From the NCBI GenBank assembly GCA_964234715.1, contig OZ174284.1: 64,000 nt of DNA. One strand, 5' to 3'. Below, piece by piece: positions 37,586 to 50,070 of this stretch. The notes under the pieces are model-generated. The model was not told the origin of the DNA. It saw nothing but the letters and a program-made list of their open reading frames with translations, and made no database searches. Made by a program: the position numbers and the translations under genes. Source of the stretch: Podarcis melisellensis. Lineage: Eukaryota. How positions within the stretch are numbered: position 1 is the stretch's first letter; each line of letters opens with the position of its first letter.

Positions 37586-38380
37586 ATCTAGACAACATTA
37601 AATGCAATAAACATATTTACCCCTTTCTGCTTTTGTGACTAGACTACTGTATCAACTGCATTTTTTCTTTTCAAACTATTCTCTATTTGATATTGCCTAT
37701 AAGTTTATAACGGGCTGTTATGTTGCAAAGGAAGTGTAACTGGGGACTTGCTTATCCAGTTTGAAAAGCTAAGATTAAATTCCTTTAACTTCGGTATCTA
37801 CGGTATATCTGTTTACAAGCTGCATTTGGTTCTACTAACTTGAATTACAGGGTATGTCATTTGGATGATATGATTATATTATCTCTAGTATGAAAATGGC
37901 AAGAGCAAGGTCTCATCATGGGGGCTATGCAAAAAGGTGCTGCTTCCTTTCAGGAGAAGGGAGCGTTTGATTCCCGTACGCATAGAACTTTCTAAAGTGA
38001 ATGACCAGTAAAACCATAACATTAAAATAAGAGTTAAAAATAAAAGCATGAAAAATTCAGCAGCTCAATTAAAATCTGTAAATCATGAGAGAGCATCAAG
38101 GAGAAAGGAAGTTTTCAGTGCCTACTTAAAAGCCTGAAATGATGGGATTTCCCACAGGAACAGAGTTAAGAAGCAGACGGATGTTTAAGTGAAAACAAAT
38201 TCAGTGGCCTGGTTCTCATGACATAGTAAGCAAAACAATGGCTAATGGGGCTGCACAAATGTGTAAGCTCCTCTCTAGTACCCTACACTTTCGCACTGTC
38301 CCAGTAAGCCAAAATTTGGTTTACCAGTGTTCCCTCCCCCAGATGGCTTACCAGTACTTAACTTTTGCAGTCTGGAAATA

Positions 38381-38630
38381 CAGTCGCACCTTGGTTTTTG
38401 AACCGCTTAGTTCTCAAACATTTTGGCTCCTTAACGCCGCAAATCCAGAAGTGAGTGTTCCGGTTTGCAAACTATTTTTGGAAGTTGAACACCCAACGGG
38501 GCTTCTGTGACTTCCAACTGGTTGCAGGAGCTTCCTGCAGCCAATCAGAAGCCACACTTTGGTTTCCAAATGTTTTGGAAGTCGAACGGACTTCTGGAAC
38601 GGATTCCGTTTGACTTCCAAAGGTACGACT
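38381..38630. mobile_element. Tigger-like MITE, family with ttggaagtcgaac repeats
   Basis: ta|cagtcgcacctt ... aaggtacgact inverted ends. Confidence 0.75.
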
Positions 38631-40579
38631 AGATGTAATTTGTATCTGTAGTATCAACATTCTATAATGTTGATTCTGCTTTGTTGTGAAGGACTGCAGA
38701 ATTGGATACTGCAATCGTTTATTTAATTTCTCTCTGAGATGCTATCTAAATAGCCAGTATTTGACAGATGGTGTCCTCTGTGGTGTGCCTATGGATGCTC
38801 TTTTCACAGGGTTATAATTGAGTGCTGAAAGTGAGAGGATTGTGTTTGTTTTCTTTTTCTGCTCTTTGGGCAGTGATCTATCCCTAGAGAGAAATCTCAG
38901 GTTAGCACTAGAAGGAATAAGTGGGGACTATAAGATCTGAAAAGTAGGTCATTTTTTCCTAATGTCCTGCTTTGCATATATCTGCCACTAAAGTAATAGA
39001 AAAGTCAATATGTATCAGAACCTGAGGGCATCATTGGCTGTTGCTGATACTGTCAAATGGTGTAATCTCACATGTCCCTGATTAAATATTTGCATGATTG
39101 AATTTTATGAGAGAGAAGCTGATAATAATGTGGTTTGCCATTTTTATTTCTATAGAATTCTTACAAAATAAATGTCCATAGTCCTTTACATTTGCAGTCT
39201 ATAAGAGGAAGAAGCAAATTTTATACAATGGCACCCCTAAGCAAAAATGATTTACAGGAGAGCTGGATATGGCAGTGAATAAATTTCCATAATTTTATCA
39301 AATATATTTATAAATTCATTATATTTACTTGTTTTGTGAGTTTATTTGGGACCTATCATCCAGCTAAATTGTATGCAAAAAGATGGGATTGGCCTGTGGA
39401 TTGTTTTAGCTGTGAGAAATATATTTGAATAATAATGTTAGGAAAGTAAAGCAAATTGATATTTTTACAAAGATGGAATTCAGAAGGGCTACAAAATCAT
39501 TTAAATTTATGTAAATCCTAAATGGACTTTATCTGTTAGGTTTTTCAATTGTGAAAATGTGGGTATCTTATTTTAATTTTATAAATTAAACAGCTTTCTG
39601 TTTACAAATTGAGGAAAGTGGCAAGACTGCTGCATAATCTCACTACTTTACAAGCAGGCATTGTTGCCTAGCAGCAAGAAGCCTTATTTAAAAGCTGTTT
39701 TATACTTAAGTGAACATAAATAACTCATCACTCCCAAAGTTTTGGGGACACACACAGTAATTTTTAAAAGGCCGTTACATTGTTAAAAGCTGAGAGGTGC
39801 TTTAAGAAAGCCCAGTTCAAAAATGTGAATACTTAGGGAAACAAACCTTTCCTTTTCACAGAATTGCTTCAAGCTACATAATTGCTATTTGTACAATGAA
39901 TCGTACAGTATGTTAAAAATTTTGCCCTGAGGTTGTTTTCACACTCTTAGGAATTGATCCCCATAATTTCCAGCAATCGGATCATTAAAGTATGTTTATT
40001 TGCAGAAACACCTTTTGGGCATTCTGGGCATAAATCTCCATGAAGTTAATTTTGAGTAGCTCTGTTTCGTCTAACAAGTTAAGGTAAAACTTGACAGTGA
40101 TTTGGATCTTAGTGTGTGTATGTCATACCCTTCGAATTGCTTATCTCATGTCACTCAGTTAGCACTGAATTCTTATCTACCCTTTTCTCTTGGATGCCTG
40201 AAATAATGACCTATGTCTGTGCTCTTGTTTACATCAGGGCAGGTGTTCTTGCTCACAGGATGTCAGGATGAAAATCAGGTGGCTTGCAGCATGATTCTAT
40301 TCAGCTCCCAAAACATGGCCCAGGTGATTTAGATACCATCTCATTGTGAGGTGTGATACACAGAGGAGAACAACATAAGGGGAGAAGTGCTATAGCTTCC
40401 TTTTCCAATCAGTCTCAGTGAGGTTAGGATTCTCCTCAGCTTTTTCTTCAACCTGCTTGTCATTTTCTACTCTGGCTGCATATAAGAACTGTAGACTAGT
40501 AGAAGAGAGGAAATAACTTATCCCTTGTGGAAGCTGGAGAGAAAGGCAATACATTTTAGCCCTGGTGTACTTGGTGCCT

Positions 40580-40648
40580 GGGACACGGGTGGTGCTGTGG
40601 TCTAAACCACAGAGCCTAGGGCCTAGACCACAGCACCACCCTCATCCC
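40580..40648. repeat. Inverted pair of Sauria SINE 5' ends forming a hairpin
   Basis: gggacacgggtggtgctgtggtcta ... tagaccacagcaccaccctcatccc. Confidence 0.85.
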
Positions 40649-41464
40649 TGAAATGTAACTAACAGGGCAGTGATATAAGATCGGAAATGCACCCAAACCA
40701 CCATGCAGGGAGCCAGTTTAACTAAAATGCATTAATTGGAAGTTGATTGGCATTTTGATAATTGTATAATTTGGGAATTAATTGTTATTGTTATAATTCA
40801 GCTATTATTGCGGGTATATTGGAAAACTAATGAAAGTTCTAGTTTGAAATTTCACACTGGGGGTCTCTCTTTGAAATTCTTTTAGATCATTGGAACTTGT
40901 GAATTAAATTTTACTGAAATTTTGTTGATACTTGAAAGATTTGCTTGTGGGCCTTGCATATCAGATTCTGGTTATAGGAAAATAAAATGAACATGCTGGT
41001 GAAAATCAATGGATAAATCAACTGTTCAGTGGGGGCCACAGGTTCTTTATCACTTGCCCAATAGACAACAAAGTTGTCCCATTAGCATAAGGACTCCCAC
41101 CCGTCCAGTGGGACTTCCTCTTCCTTCCCTCTGCTCATGTTCCACCTGCAACCTCTCCATCTGTTTTGGAGATTCCTCTGGAGCTCATTTTGTGTGGGGA
41201 TCCTGGGAGCATGCAGGGAAAGCAGAGGAAGCCCCATTGCATAAGTCATCCTTGTGCTAAAAGGACGGCCTTTTCTCCAGCTCCAAGGGCTTTCTGGCAG
41301 TTCCCTCACTGAGAGAAATGAGACTGCAGGGAACCAGGCAGAGCTCCTTCTTGATAGTCATGCCTGCTCTGTGGAACCTCCTCCCGTCAGATGTCAAGGA
41401 ACCTTTAGAAGACACCTGAAAGCAGCCCTATATATGGAAGTTTTTAAATAGAAATATTCAAGTA

Positions 41465-41703
41465 CAGTGGACCCTTCGGATACGAATTTAATTTGCTCCA
41501 GGGGTCCATCTGCAACTCAAAAAGTCTGTAAGCAGAGGCGGCAATTCTGCACATGGCACAATTGAGCACTTCTGCACATGTGCGAAATGCACAGAGCACT
41601 TCTGCGCATGCGACGAAACCTGGAAGTATACACTTCCAGGTTTGCCATGTTCATAACCTGAAAGTTACGTATCCAGAGCAGTACGTAACTAGATGGTCCA
41701 CTG
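41465..41703. mobile_element. Tigger-like MITE, another family
   Basis: ta|cagtggacc ... ggtccactg|ta; ttaatttgctcc after the left TIR. Confidence 0.8.
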
Positions 41704-42071
41704 TAAAATGAATGGAGAAGGCAGAATTGGAAAGCATGCACTTATGTATCAGTTGTGAAATGCTAAGTGGTTACGATGTATTGGTGCTGTCTTAGGGCAT
41801 AACAAAATGAATTTCCTTTATGGAAAATGTCAGAAGAATGTGAGACGTTCCATGGAGATGGGGAACATTGGTGGGGACCATCTCCTTTCCTCCCACCAGT
41901 GGAAACTTCCATCAGATCTCAGTCTCTTTCATGAATGTTAGGAACTCTTCTGCTTCTAGAAAAAGGTATTCTGGATCTAATCAAATGTTTTTTCTTAATT
42001 TTGACCATTGCAGGTTTCTGATGTGTATAATTATAAATAGAAATATAATTTTGGGAGTGGCAAATGAAATT

Positions 42072-42310
42072 TATTATTTATTTATTTAGTATCACCTTTA
42101 TAGTCCACTTTTCCTCTCAAGGAGCTTAAGCTGATATGTATACATGGTTCTCCCACCTCTCCATTTTATCCTCACAACAACCCAGTAAAGTGGGTTGGGC
42201 TGAAGAATTGTGTCTTGCCTAAGGTCACCCAATGAGCTTCATGGGTGAGTGAAGAGTTGAACCCTGTTGTCTCCCAGAGCCTAGTTCAACACTCTAACCA
42301 TTAACACTGG
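42072..42310 (-). mobile_element. Squam3-like SINE
   Basis: Reverse-strand homologue of 29550-29778 with a (ttat)n tail. Confidence 0.7.
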
Positions 42311-43774
42311 ATAACATAATACAGAAAGGAATGATTTATATAGGAGCAGCTTATGTTGTTGTTTTGTCAATGGTGACTGAGCTGTTGGGCAAATAATGTT
42401 AATGTCCCTCAGTAAGTAGTACCAGGATAATAAAGAATAAATGGTACATTTTTTTTTGTAACTGAAAGAATGTAATTTTGCTGTAAAGATCAACAAAGCC
42501 TGATGACTGTAGGCATATTTAATATGATGGTGATTTAATTTTTTTAAAAAAATAAAATAAAATGCTGTATTTAAAGCCAGTGGCTATGAGGCAATGACAG
42601 CAGATGTGAATACTTGTTAGCATACAGGAAATCTTGTCATATAAAATAAGCATCTATTTTGAAATAAGGAATAGTTTTCAAATTATTCTCTTTCAGTGCT
42701 GGAAAATAATTGGAAAGCATACTTGCCCTCCCTGGGCAATTTGAGCTCATTGATGATGATTGTTATCAGGGTTTTTTCCTCCTTCCTCCTCTAAATTGGT
42801 CACCCCCTGTTAGACTTGCTATAGGGAATATGTTCTTAGGTTTAGGAATACCAGATGGGATTAATCAACATAGTGCTTTGTTCTTTGTGTTTTTCACTAC
42901 CAATATCAGAGATGCTGAGTTCATTGACACACGTTATTTCAAGTCCCTTCAGGCTTTGGGGGTACTGGAAAAAACGCAATGAAAGTCTAGTTAGGGTTTC
43001 TTTACTTTTCATGTAAAGCCCTAAAGCCTGGCTGTTGAGCACAGACTCGCATGGGTTTTGGTTTTGTTAGATTTACAAAGGATGAGGATTCTATCTGGCC
43101 ATGTTACATTCAACAATAACCCTTTGGTCTGAAAGTTAAAAGCCCTGAACATAACTGCTATGTTTTGGCATTTCCGCTTTACTACTCCCTCTAGCTCACA
43201 TTTTTCTGACCTAAGTGGACTGGCAGGAACATTTTAATTGGGTGTAGATCATGATTCCTATGAAGAGTGTATGCAGTACTTCATCAGATGCCCCTAATGA
43301 GACGCACAGATGTTGGGGAAGGCTTGGATAGAAATGCCAATGAGTTCTAAAAAAACAACAACCTGATGACATGGTCTGAAAGCAACAGAAAATGAGCTCC
43401 TTTATGGAGCTCATACTTCTGCTAATGAATATTGAAATTTCATGACATGACATCGTAGTCTAACAGTGTTACTGAGAATTGCTTGTGAGGAGATATGAAA
43501 CATGGAAATATGTGACCTATGATGTACATATGAACACTAAATAAACATGCTACATTAAACTTTGTAATATTCCCTGTGCTTTCGGCATTTGCAATTGTGT
43601 CTAAGGAAATTGGAGACTGATATATTTATACTCTTTTTTAGAGCAATGCTGAAGCTACTGTTGAATTCTAATATATCATGTGTTGCAACAGTACTTATGA
43701 CAAATGGGAAAGAGAAAAGTCATTATACTTGAGATCACAACTACTGAAGACAGTAAGAGAAATAATCTCAGATA

Positions 43775-44016
43775 CAGTGGTACCTCGGGTTACAGATGCT
43801 TCAGGTTACAGACGCTTCAGGCTACAGACTCAGCTAACCCAGAAATAGTATCTCAGGTTAAGAACTTTGCTTCAGGATGAGAACAGAAATCATGCTCCGG
43901 CGGCACGGTGGCAGCGGGAGGCCCCATTAGCTAAAGTGGTACCGCAGGTTAAGAACAGTTTCAGGTTAAGAACGGACCTCCAGAACGAATTAAGTTCTTA
44001 ATCTGAGGTACCACTG
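43775..44016 (-). mobile_element. Tigger-like MITE family A
   Basis: TIRs and TA flanks; inverted relative to the 7003 copy. Confidence 0.9.
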
Positions 44017-45362
44017 TATTGAAAAGAAAATAAGGTGGCTGAATGCCTATCACCTTGAAAGTGAAATGAGATCACTACAAATAGAGTTGTGGTTTCTACA
44101 TACCTGTGACACCATGAATGGCATAGTGCTCTTTATATACATACCTGAATATAGATCGAGAGAATAAACAGCCTTGTTCCTCTGCTTTGAAATCGAAAAC
44201 ATAGTTAAAATTTAGCTCTTTCACCATAGTATGACAGTGATTGTATTTTCATAATTTTAGTTGTCACTTCTCCAGGTAAAATAAATAGCTTGTAGTGCTT
44301 CAACATTTTATAAGTATAATCCCATCTATATGGTCTAAAGCAGTGCTGAGGAAGCATTGGCCTTCCAGGACTCCAACAACATATGTAGGGTCAAAGATTC
44401 CCCAGGTGTGATCTAAATCACTTGAGTGCATAGCAGAAAAAAGTGAATGCAGAATGTTGAAAAGAGTGTAATTGATGGGGAGGGGAATCCTTTTGGCACA
44501 TCTTCCTCCATGTTGGCTCCAAATGCATGTGTAGCTTATTCATTATGGGGAAAATGTACAAGCGCTCTTTCCGCATATTAGCAATAAGTAGCAGAAGCAT
44601 GAATATACATTCTTTTTTGCTTGAACATCTTCTGTTTGACTGATTGCTGCTTGTATGGGGCAACATGACCTTACCTTGGTAGGATGGCATGTTTTTGGTA
44701 AAATGACAACCAAATTTTGGAAGATATTTATTGTATTTTTTTAAAGGAGGGAGGGGCAAATTAAGGTCACAGTAGAGGAACATCTGAATTAAATGAGATT
44801 AAATTAAATCTGCAGATTGTGCGCCATAGTTAAAGATAAGGTGTGCTGAAAAGCAGCACTAGTATATTTCTGTTATACTTTCCTTCTATAATTGCACATA
44901 GCTTGGCTGTTTTGGCAAAGCTGGCAACAATTTTAATCTTACCGCACTGAGACTAGCAAGATATCTGATGACTTATGTCATCTGGCGCATATAGAGGCAG
45001 CAACCAGAGATGATATTGATCAAAATTTGAAAGAGCTTTATAGGTCAAGACGACATCTTGAATTGAATATCAATCTGTTTGGCAGGCAGTGTAAGTGAGT
45101 CCCAGTGGCAATATTTGGTCTTATAAAAATGATCAAGAATTGCATATTGATGTGCTTCTGTATTTGTAAATGGATAGTTTGATTGGAGTGAATATTTGAG
45201 CAAGATTTTTACAGATGGAGCTGGGATAATATATATATATGGAAAGGTTATTAAAGTTGTCAGGGTGTGTAGAATGATATGGATTCCGTATAGAAGATAT
45301 TTCTTTAGCATCCCTCCTCAGGATGATTTGATGCTCTGCATTGCTTGAGCTGCAGTCTTATA

Positions 45363-45577
45363 CAGTGGTACCTCGGGTTACATACGCTTCAGGTTACAGA
45401 CTCCACTAACCCAGTACCTTGGTTTAAGGACTTTGCTTCAGGATGAGAACAGAAATCGTGCTCTGGCGGCGCGGCAAGGAGGTCCCATTAGCTAAAGTGG
45501 TGCTTCAGGTTAAGAACAGTTTCAGGTTACGAACGGACCTCCAGAACGAATTAAGTACTTAACGTGAGGTACCACTG
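45363..45577 (-). mobile_element. Tigger-like MITE family A
   Basis: TIRs and TA flanks. Confidence 0.9.
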
Positions 45578-45651
45578 TACTCACTTGGGAGCATATTCAA
45601 CAGGACCCACTTCTGAGTAGACCATGCATAGGATGGTGTTGTAAGTGATGT

Positions 45652-45663
45652 CCACTAGAGGGC
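45652..45663 (+). promoter_or_regulatory. Candidate CTCF core motif
   Basis: CCACTAGAGGGC matches the CCASYAGRKGGC core; motif match only. Confidence 0.35.
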
Positions 45664-46366
45664 TTCAATGAGAATTGAAGCAAGAGAGGGGAAAAACACT
45701 TTTTTTTCTTTGTCTTAAAAAAAAGAAACAAACCATGACTGCATCGACTCATTTAATTTTGTAACTGAGAATTAATCGGAAAAGTCCTTTTAAAAGATTT
45801 CTTCTGCTGGTTGCTCTTTTCGATCTGTTCTTTCTCACAGCAACTGTGTATCCATCTAATAGTTTTCAAATGCATGCGCCATTCCAAATAAAAAGAGAGC
45901 ATTATAGTGTCAGGTGAGGTAGCTGGATTATTCATTGTTATGCTTGTTCGCTAAGCCTGGAAATATGCAGTTGTCAGAATTTATATTTTAAAAATTTAAT
46001 ATATGCTAAAACTATTGTAAATGGCTGTTGAATTAATTCCAAAATGTTAATGAATGAAGATACTGAAGTAGTTTGACCTTCTAAACCGACTGACTTCTTG
46101 AATTGGCTAAGCGTATTGTGCAGTCGGTGTATTTATTTATTTATTTATTTTAAAAAAACCTTTTTGGTTTTGTATCAGTTTATCCTTGAATCTCAAAGCA
46201 GCAGGTTGACATGGAGGAAATAACAGCTCTCACACTGGAAAAACCTTTAAGATAAGAGTCTAAATGGAAATTTAAATTACAGAAATGTCTCTTTCCTGCT
46301 GGGACTTAAATATACAGGCTTAGTATATTTAAATTCAGCCCAGCCTGTAGTTCTATATCTGATATA

Positions 46367-46608
46367 CAGTGGTACCTCTGGTTACAAACTTAATTTGTCC
46401 CAGAGGTCCGTTCTTAACCTGAAACCGTTCTTAACCAGAGGTACCACTTTTGCTAATGGGGCATCCCGCTGCCGCTGTGCCGTCGGTGAGCCATTTCTGT
46501 TCTCATCTTGAGGTAAAGTTCTTAACCCGAGGTACTATTTCTGGGTTAGCGGAGTCTGTAACCTGAAGTGTTTGTAGCCCAAGGTGTTTGTAACTTGAGG
46601 TACCACTG
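46367..46608 (+). mobile_element. Tigger-like MITE family A
   Basis: TIRs cagtggtacctc / gaggtaccactg. Confidence 0.9.
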
Positions 46609-49597
46609 CATGTGCTTATAACAGTGTCATAAAGCTGATTCCATCATTGTAATGTGATACTACGGTGACCTTGTGCTGGCACAGGAGTCAGACTGTCTAT
46701 GTAGAGACACTCCATTCTAAATGGTTATTGCTTGGTTATTTCCATACTCTTTTTGGCTACAAAGCATTTTGTAGCTTGCTCCTAAATTGTAAGCCTGAAG
46801 ACGCATAGTGAAAGAAGTATGAACTGTGACTGCATTGATGATTATCCCAAGCATCAGTATTAAAACCCTGTGATTTTTTTTTCTGTGCTGAGTTAAGCCT
46901 AAATAACAAAGACTAAATAGCACAACATGAGTCACTCAAGACTGCTAATAAATACCGGTAAGTGCAAGGTGGCAAAGGACAAAGGCCAGGCTCCTATTTG
47001 ACAATTAGAAATTGATTAGAAAGTTTTGCACTGACCTGCTAAGTATCTGGCCTGATGCAGCATAGTGTGAGCAGAAATAAAAAAAACTGGAGATGCAAGT
47101 CAATATCTGTAGCCTGGACTGATAACTGGATGCTCAGAGGCAGCCATTCATGCATTTCTGAAGTGACAGCATAGATTGTTGGTGGAAATAAGTTTACACA
47201 CAAAACCAGTCCCTATCAGAATGCCTAAGGACTCATTCAGACTCCCTTCTGTGCCATTTCTGTTTCTAGACATAGGTCCCTGCTTAAAAGCTCTGTGTCT
47301 AAGGGTTGGGTTTTGTTTTGCTTCCTCTGCAAAAATGCACTCTTTGCTGCTGAAAACAACTCCATGGAAAACCCAAGCTGTTGTATGTTCAGCGTTAAAG
47401 AGTGGGTTTTTCTGGTGAAAGCAGCACGGCAAGAACAAAACAAAACAACAAAAAGCACTTGGAGATGGAGAAAACACAGGGCAGGAGGTAAGCGTGGGTG
47501 AGGCCTAAGCAGATTCCTATGTTCTTAATGCTACGCTGTGAATAATACTACAGTATGCTACTTTGTTGTTGTTGTTTATGTCCCTCCTTTTCACCTGATG
47601 GGATTCAAGGCAGCTTACAGTTAAAAACAAGAATATCTGAAAACACAGAATAATAACAATAACAATAAATAAGAACCAATTTAAAACAATTATATAAAGC
47701 ATTAATCACATGTAATTACTTACTTAATATGGAGCAGCAGAAACATTAAATCACAGGCCAAGAATTCTCCCATTACGCCAGGGCAATCTAGTTTGTCAGT
47801 TCTGTGGGTGTTGGTGTTCTTTATTATTAATCTCACAAGGCATGGTTAATATGGGTACCCAGATGCTTAGAAAGTCGAGGTGATTTTAATCTGTTTAAGC
47901 ATTTTAACTTTTGTGTGTTTTAAAGTAGGATTGTGATTCCCCCCCTTGATTTCACTGCTTATCTTTTGTAAACTGCTTTGAGATTTTTTGTTTTGTTTTT
48001 ACAGTCAAGCAGTGTATAAATTTTATGAAATAAACAAATAAAATGAGTAATGTTTGGCCCAACCAGATGTAGTTTGGCACAAAGTGTTCTATTTTGTTGT
48101 TTGTTATAGCGGATAACTAGAACTTAATTTTTTAGCAAAGCTTTAGATGTCATATAGAATCCATTCCATTTTTGTTTGTTTGTTTAGTTCTTAGATGAAT
48201 GCCAGTATCTACAAAAAAAAAAAAAGGTTCATTTACAATTTATACTAGAGTCCATGGTATTTTCAACTTTTAAGAGCTTCTGAGTATGATGAATGACTTC
48301 CAATCAATGCACTTGCATTGTGGCTGATTTTTTATTTTTGTAAAGCAAATAATTTACTTAACAGATACTGATTTGGTTCCAGTGTGGCAACCCCATTAAA
48401 ATGAGTCACAAAGAGGGATATCTAAAACATTTACTTTTCACCTGTGTCTTATCTAGTAATTATGTTCATTCCTGAGAAAATTATGGATACCTAAATCCTA
48501 TTGACAGCAATGTGGCTGAAGCATCTAAATATGAAGTCTGGTTGTTGATTTCAATGTCAATTAGGCTCACCTAAGTTTGTCTGGATTGCACCCTAAGACT
48601 GCAGTTCTAAACATACTAAAAAGTAAGCTCCATTTAACACAGAACTTAATACCTGTAAATACATTGTATTCTAAATAGTGCTACAGGAGAATAGTATCTT
48701 GTGTTTGTGCAGAAAATTACTTTTCACTGATAATATAGCTTCCATGATACAACTTGTTGGAAAGGATCTAGCATATTTTATTCTTCTTACTCAACCAAAT
48801 ATGATGATGAAATTTTATACATGTACATTACAATTTAAATGGTCATATTCAACTTTCATTGATAACTCTGTTTTCAGCTGAGAACAAAGAAGCCACTATA
48901 TCCAATTTAGTCATGTGTCTGTAAATGATGAGCTTCTGGTGCCAATGACTGTCTTGTTTTTGTGTTCGTTCATCCATGCTCTAGTATGCTTTAGCTTGTC
49001 CTGAATTTACTCAACTAATTGAGAGGTACTCAACTAATTGATAGTTTGTTCTCTACCTCGACCATTTTCAGCAGCTTAAAAACAGGAGGATCTTCAAAGT
49101 AACGCGTACTTTTCTTGTTTTCAAAAGAACTTTAAATATTTAAGCATTGATGGTGTTCATTGTCTTGTATTATTCCAATAATGATGCTGGGTTGTTACTA
49201 CAGCTATTAGGCAATAGTACACAGCATCACCCTTTGACCTTGAGCTCAATCTACATTGCTAGGCTTTTGTTTTCATTCTACCAAGTTGCCTTCCAAATGA
49301 TGGTCATGTGTAAGAAAACATGATGAGAAAGATAAGTTGTAGGTGAGCGAATGCCAGTTACAATTCTCCATTTGGCTCTCTGCCCCGACTTCCTTTCCCT
49401 TGGCTCTTGATTTTCTCATTCTGTACTCTATGACTTCTGTCTCTTTCCATCCTTGCCTCCCTCTGTAACTCAGTTATATTTACAGAAAAAAGCTTTGTTG
49501 GTTGTTGAGCCTTTCTGGTGTCCACGTCCAGCCTTTGAATAACTGTTCCTAAGACTTTTAAGAATACCACTATTTGCCTCTCTTCAGTGGCGATGTA

Positions 49598-49814
49598 CAG
49601 CAGTACCTTGGGTTAAGAACTTAATTCATTCCAGAGGTCTGTTCTTAACCTGAAACTGTTCTTAACCTGAGGTACCACTTTAGCTAATGGGGCCTCACGC
49701 TGCCGCTGCACGATTTCTGTTCTCATCCTGAAGCAAAGTTCTTAACCCGGGTTAGCAGAGTCTGTAACCTGAAACGTATGTAACCTGAAACATATGTAAC
49801 CCGAGGTACCACTG
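49598..49814 (+). mobile_element. Tigger-like MITE family A
   Basis: Mutated left TIR cagcagtacct; right TIR gaggtaccactg; small internal deletion. Confidence 0.85.
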
Positions 49815-49815
49815 C

Positions 49816-49986
49816 ACCTGTGACACGTATTCTGTCCATGAATGGCATAGTGCTCTTTATATACATACCTGAATATAGATCGAGAAAATAATTATCAGCC
49901 TTGTTCCTCTGCTTTGAAATGGAAAACATAGTTAAAATTTAGCTCTTTCACCATAGTATGACAGTGATTGTATTTTCATAATTTTA
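49816..49986 (+). repeat. Dispersed direct duplicate of 44102-44259
   Basis: About 160 bp nearly identical (catgaatggcatagtgctctttatatacatacctgaatatagatcgaga...cataatttta). Confidence 0.92.
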
Positions 49987-50070
49987 ATCTGAGATACTAT
50001 TTCTGGGTTAGCGGAGTCTGTAACCTGAAGCGTCTGTAACCTGAAGCGTCTGTAATCCGAGGTACCACTG
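49987..50070 (+). mobile_element. MITE family A 3' fragment (single TIR)
   Basis: ctgagatactatttctgggttagc...gaggtaccactg|ta. Confidence 0.85.

Noticed and set aside
45915-45936. let-7-like TGAGGTAG
   Set aside because: Only the seed matches; there is no mature sequence or hairpin.
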